Shown: positions 15,509-19,429 of the stretch, in pieces
How positions within the stretch are numbered: position 1 is the first letter of the stretch
Layout of the letters: the number at the start of each line of letters is the position of its first letter
Source: Candidatus Sulfobium sp.
Lineage (GTDB): Bacteria > Nitrospirota > Thermodesulfovibrionia > Thermodesulfovibrionales > UBA6898
Assembly (NCBI GenBank): GCA_037380845.1
Contig: JARRRI010000051.1
Location: 68,755-88,183 of the forward strand
Reading direction: 5' to 3'
Length of the DNA: 19,429 bases
Translations under genes and position numbers: made by a program
The notes under the pieces: model-generated
The model's database searches: none
What the model saw: the letters and a program-made list of their open reading frames with translations, nothing else
Told to the model about the DNA's origin: nothing

Positions 15509-16987
15509 TTATAACTGCTCCTCCACGGCGTCGGCGTTAATGATATTCCCCTGCGGACCGGCATATGTCAGGGGAAGGGCCAGAGTGACTGTTGTACCTT
15601 CCCCAAAGCAGCTTTCGAGTTCTATCCGGCCGCCGTGTCGTTCTATTATCCCCTTGATGATCGGAAGTCCGAGACCCGTCCCTTTAACCTTCGTTGTAAA
15701 AAAAGGTTTGAACATTTTTGCCATGTCTTTTCCCGGGATGCCCTGGCCGGTGTCCGAGACCGAGATTATGACCGAAGAATCGTTCAGCGAGGTGCTGACA
15801 CCGAGAGTTCCCCCCTCCGGCATGGCGTCATAGGCGTTAAGCACTACGTTCATAACGGCCTGCTGTATTTGCATCGGGTCGACCATAATTTCGGGAACGG
15901 CAGCCCCCAGCGATTTTACTACCTCTACTGAAGAATGGCCGTTTGACTGAGACGACACGGCACCGATAAAGGAAACCGTCTTTTCCACCAGGGCATTGAT
16001 GTCTGTTTTGCTGTATTCAGGCTCCTTGGGCCGGGCAAAATCCAGCACTTCCTTGATCAGTGACTCCATCCGCTTGATCTGTGAGAAAGAGGCGTACGCT
16101 ATCTCACTCTCGGATTCGGTGAGGTTTTTGTTTTCCAGGAGCATCTGGAGGGCGATCTTTATTCCGGTCAGCGGGTTCTTGAGTTCATGGGCTATCGATG
16201 CTGCCATCTCACCCACCACGGTCATCTGTTCGGCCCTCTGCATCTGGTTCATCTGTTCATTCAGAGAATGGGCCATTTCGTTAAAAGATGCTTCCAGTTC
16301 CCCGAATTCATCCTTCAGTCCTTCTATACGATAATCGAGGTTGCCCGCCTTGAGGCTCCTTGTCGCATCCAGAACGGAGTTGATAGGTTTCGTTATCCCC
16401 CTTATGAAGAAAAACCCGATCCCCAGCGCCAGCAACGGCCCAAGGGGGACGAGAATATAAAGTATGAGCTTCATGCGTCCTATCTTCTGATAAGAAACAC
16501 GGGTCTTCTGCTGAAGCCTCATGTTGGAAAAGCGCACCATGCTGTTGACCTTTTTTATGAGGTTCTCGCCCAGCTGGGCTGCAGCTTCCTCCTCCTGGGC
16601 AAGCGCACTGTCATCACTGCTCATCGCTATGATACTGCTCAGTTTCTCGTTGTATTTCTCTATATTGTTCTTTACGCCGAGAAGTTCTCTCTCAAGCGCT
16701 TCGGGGTGGTGGCATTTAAAGCAGACGTTCGACATCTCCGACAGGTTTTTCATATTTGTCCTGATTGTGGCGGTCCCGCGCGCATGGCGCGTATTCCTCA
16801 GGTAGAGGTCAGACTGTACCTGCCTGATCTGCAGAAGTAAGTGTTCCCTGATGATCTCTATCTGGTGGAGCTTTATAATATTGTCGAGTGTGGAAGTAGC
16901 GGTCTCGATGCTTATGATCAGGTAAACGCCGCCAACAAGAAATATGAAGGAGAAAAGCCCCATGCTTATCAGGATTTTCTTTTTCAT
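15509..16987 (-). CDS. HAMP sensor histidine kinase with a periplasmic CxxCH heme-c motif
   Basis: Two TM helices, CFKCH in the periplasmic region, HAMP, H-box AHELKNPL, N-box NAYDAM, DTGQGI, FFTTK and GTGLGL. Stop abuts the activator ATG. Confidence 0.92.
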   Translation of the reverse strand: MKKKILISMGLFSFIFLVGGVYLIISIETATSTLDNIIKLHQIEIIREHLLLQIRQVQSDLYLRNTRHARGTATIRTNMKNLSEMSNVCFKCHHPEALERELLGVKNNIEKYNEKLSSIIAMSSDDSALAQEEEAAAQLGENLIKKVNSMVRFSNMRLQQKTRVSYQKIGRMKLILYILVPLGPLLALGIGFFFIRGITKPINSVLDATRSLKAGNLDYRIEGLKDEFGELEASFNEMAHSLNEQMNQMQRAEQMTVVGEMAASIAHELKNPLTGIKIALQMLLENKNLTESESEIAYASFSQIKRMESLIKEVLDFARPKEPEYSKTDINALVEKTVSFIGAVSSQSNGHSSVEVVKSLGAAVPEIMVDPMQIQQAVMNVVLNAYDAMPEGGTLGVSTSLNDSSVIISVSDTGQGIPGKDMAKMFKPFFTTKVKGTGLGLPIIKGIIERHGGRIELESCFGEGTTVTLALPLTYAGPQGNIINADAVEEQL

Positions 16988-17341
16988 ATCAGTCTTCCGT
17001 GTGCCGCGGGAGGCCGGTTTTGACCGGAATTAACAACGCGTGCCGGCAAGAGATTATTGCTTGACCGTTGATACCGGTCAAGCGGAAAGAACCTGCGAGA
17101 AAAATCAGGCGGCAACAGATAGCCCCCGGTAGACTTAACATGTGGAATTATAACATGAGAAACCTCTCTGAAAACAAGAGCGGAGTTGGTTATTTGGGGA
17201 TTTGACCAACCAATATCTGGCCATATCACCAAATCGAACAGTTGCGTATCGTGAGACGTGAACCGTGAGATGCCCTTTTCTTCTATCCGAACGTCGCCAG
17301 CCTTATGAGGCCCTGACCTCTCTTAAAGAAGTCCTTCTAAA

Positions 17342-17371
17342 GTCATTCCCGAGGTAGTAGTCGGGAATCCA
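17342..17371. repeat. REP-like palindrome, left copy (inverted relative to the right array)
   Basis: GTCATTCCCGAGGTAGTAGTCGGGAATCCA; its reverse complement matches the right-array units. Confidence 0.9.
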
Positions 17372-17377
17372 AGTTTT

Positions 17378-17671
17378 TCATTTAATCAAATCGTCGTACA
17401 AATCTCTCCATTCAGGGTTTTGCGCCTCAATAAGTCTTAACTTCCAGGTCCTGTTCCATTTCTTCATCTGCCTTTCCCTTGACAACGCTGTCTCGGCATC
17501 CCGTGCAACTTCGTAATAAACGAGACGATGGATTGCGTATCTTTTCGAAAAGCCCTCAACTATGCCGTTTCTGTGCTCATAAACTCTTTTGGTTAGATTC
17601 GAGGTTATCCCTATGTACAAGGTGCCTCTTTTTTGCGAAGCCATGATATAAACATAAAAGTTTTCTTTCAT
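17378..17671 (-). CDS. Small GIY-YIG nuclease family protein
   Basis: FYVYIMAS..GTLYIGITSNL..RVYEH, LVYYE, A..RE.QMKKWNR.WK..LIE..NP.W.DL. Confidence 0.93.
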   Translation of the reverse strand: MKENFYVYIMASQKRGTLYIGITSNLTKRVYEHRNGIVEGFSKRYAIHRLVYYEVARDAETALSRERQMKKWNRTWKLRLIEAQNPEWRDLYDDLIK

Positions 17672-17692
17672 GTGGAGTCTATTATAGAGGAA

Positions 17693-17874
17693 AATGGATT
17701 CCCGATTACTGACTCGGGAATGACGGCCGGAGGAATGGATTCCCGATTACTGACTCGGGAATGACGGCCGGGGGAATGGATTCCCGACTACTGACTCGGG
17801 AATGACGGCCCGGGGAATGGATTCCGACTACTGCCCCCGGCTGAGAACTTCGAGGGCAAGCTCTCGGGAATGAT
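17693..17874. repeat. Tandem array of 41-bp REP-like units (3 intact + 1 interrupted)
   Basis: AATGGATTCCCGA(T/C)TACTGACTCGGGAATGACGGCC(G/C)G(A/G)GG starting at 17693, 17734, 17775 and 17816; core ATTCCCG-N10-CGGGAAT. Confidence 0.92.
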
Positions 17875-17938
17875 AACAGAAATGTTCAAGCCGGCGCCGT
17901 TTGACTTCTAAGAGGAGCGCGTTTTAGTATTTTTTTGT

Positions 17939-19429
17939 ATGAGAAAGACCTTTTTTGCCTTGGCGATTCTGGTGGTCGCAGGCCTTCTGGCTTATTCCAA
18001 TTCGTTCAGCGTTCCCTTCCAGTTCGACGGTCTGAAGCAGGTTACTGATAACCCGATGATACGGAGCCTGGACAATTTTACGCCCGTCCTTGAAGGTCAA
18101 TACCTTCATCCACCTGCGGGTTCGGAATACAACAGCAGGCGTGTTGTCGGTTATCTGACTTTGGCCCTGAATTACCGTTTCGGAGGATTTGATGTGGCGG
18201 GTTATCACATAGTGAACCTCGCCATACACTTGATCAACGGCATTCTCGTATATTTTCTGGTAATGCTGACTTTCAGGACGCCGTACTTCAAAAGCAACGG
18301 GCAAGAGGCAACAAAAGCCTGCAAGCCTGCAAGCTGGCAAGCTGGCAAGCGTAATAACCCCCCTCTTTCCCCCCTTACCTCAAGGGGGGATGAAGAGAAA
18401 GGATCGCCCCCCCTTACCTCAGGGGGGGATGCAGAGAAACGATTTTCCCCCGTCAGTTTAAAAAGGGTTGCAGAGAGCCGATTGTCCCCCCTTAGGTTAA
18501 GGGGGGATGAAGGGGGGTTACGCTTCCCCGACTCACGGTTCACGACTCACGGTTCTCACTCTCTCATCGCCTTTTTTGCCGCTCTTCTGTTCGTCGTCCA
18601 CCCTGTCCAGACCCAGGCGGTGACCTACATTGTCCAGAGGTTTACCTCTCTGGCTGCAATGTTCTATCTGTTGTCGGTGGTATTTTATATAAATGGACGG
18701 CTCGGGGCAATGGGCGATGGGCAAAAAAGCTTGCCAGCTTGCCAGCCTGCCAGCTTGCCAGCCGGACATCAGGATTCCACCGATTCAACATTCACGATTC
18801 AGTTGCCTATTGCCTATCGCCTATTGCCTATCGTCTATTATTTTTTATCCCTACTGTCTGCTGTCCTTGCCATGCTGACAAAGGAAATAGCTTTTACCCT
18901 TCCTCTCACAATAGTCCTCTACGAGTTTATCTTTTTTAAAGCGACCGTAAAGAAGAAGCTCCTTTTCCTGCTGCCTGTTCTCCTTACTCTCGTGGTCATA
19001 CCCATAAGCGTACTGGGAACGCACAGACCCCTGGGCGAGTTACTCTCGGACCTGAGCACCCGGACGCGCGTTCAGACCAATATCCCTCGTTGGGATTACC
19101 TCATGACTCAGATGAGGGTAATAGTCACCTACATCCGGCTTATATTCTTCCCCGTGAACCAGAACCTCGATTACGATTACCCCATATACCATTCACTGTC
19201 GGAACCGCCGGTAATCCTGTCCTCACTTTTCCTGCTTTCGCTCTTCGGGATAGCTGTGTACCTGATATACAAGAGCAGGCAAGCTGATAAGGCGACAAGC
19301 CGACAAGCCTGCAAGCCCGACGTCCAGTCCCCCCCTTACTCCTCACCCCTCACTCCTTACTTTCGCCTGATTTCCTTCGGTATTTTCTGGTTTTTCATAA
19401 CCCTTTCGGTGGAGTCGAGCGTAATACCC
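17939..19429 (+). CDS. TMTC-like membrane glycosyltransferase, paralog 2 (3' end beyond the window; absent from the ORF track)
   Basis: Manual translation is open for 497 codons: MRKTFFALAILVVAGLLAYSNSFSVPFQFDG...GYHIVNLAIHLING...HPVQTQAVTYIVQR...TKEIAFTLP...FPVNQNLDYDYP...RLISFGIFWFFITLSVESSVIP. It is colinear with paralog 1. Confidence 0.9.
   Translation, partial: MRKTFFALAILVVAGLLAYSNSFSVPFQFDGLKQVTDNPMIRSLDNFTPVLEGQYLHPPAGSEYNSRRVVGYLTLALNYRFGGFDVAGYHIVNLAIHLINGILVYFLVMLTFRTPYFKSNGQEATKACKPASWQAGKRNNPPLSPLTSRGDEEKGSPPLTSGGDAEKRFSPVSLKRVAESRLSPLRLRGDEGGLRFPDSRFTTHGSHSLIAFFAALLFVVHPVQTQAVTYIVQRFTSLAAMFYLLSVVFYINGRLGAMGDGQKSLPACQPASLPAGHQDSTDSTFTIQLPIAYRLLPIVYYFLSLLSAVLAMLTKEIAFTLPLTIVLYEFIFFKATVKKKLLFLLPVLLTLVVIPISVLGTHRPLGELLSDLSTRTRVQTNIPRWDYLMTQMRVIVTYIRLIFFPVNQNLDYDYPIYHSLSEPPVILSSLFLLSLFGIAVYLIYKSRQADKATSRQACKPDVQSPPYSSPLTPYFRLISFGIFWFFITLSVESSVIP
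18355..18520. repeat. In-frame array of four 39-bp palindromic units
   Basis: Units start at 18368, 18407, 18446 and 18485 (TCCCCCCTT-N5-AAGGGGGGATG consensus), bracketed by TAACCCCCC...GGGGGGTTA. Confidence 0.88.

Noticed and set aside
17693..17874. CRISPR array
   Set aside because: The period is 41 bp with near-identical ~10-bp linkers, there are no unique spacers and no cas genes; it is a REP-like tandem array.
17924..19346. Short ORFs listed on both strands at the right end
   Set aside because: They are alternative-frame or antisense shadows of the long open frame starting at 17939.

Overview
Bacterial chromosomal segment; the gene content suggests an anaerobic Nitrospirota/Desulfobacterota-like organism, which is inference only. 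In order it holds: a disrupted GT-C-like membrane protein gene, a GT2 glycosyltransferase, a TPR protein, and a 1.15-kb integrase-less islet bounded by tRNA-Lys(CTT) and a displaced copy of its 3' end. Next come a tRNA operon (Arg-TCT, His, Arg-CCG, Lys) with a divergent tRNA-Ala, pyrE, a ~15-heme cytochrome c, a TMTC-like (GT-C + TPR) gene, a SurA/PrsA-like lipoprotein and an NHL protein. These are followed by a sigma54 two-component module (heme-motif sensor kinase, NtrC-like activator with an internally deleted receiver, stand-alone receiver), a GIY-YIG nuclease bracketed by inverted REP-like palindromes, and a second TMTC-like paralog that is missing from the ORF track and runs off the window. 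The most striking signal is in the two TMTC-like paralogs. Both carry unrelated in-frame insertions at the same three loop positions, built from 7-/8-mer tandem repeats and palindromes of the kind also found in this window's intergenic DNA. One of them includes a 39-bp palindromic unit present once in paralog 1 and four times in paralog 2.
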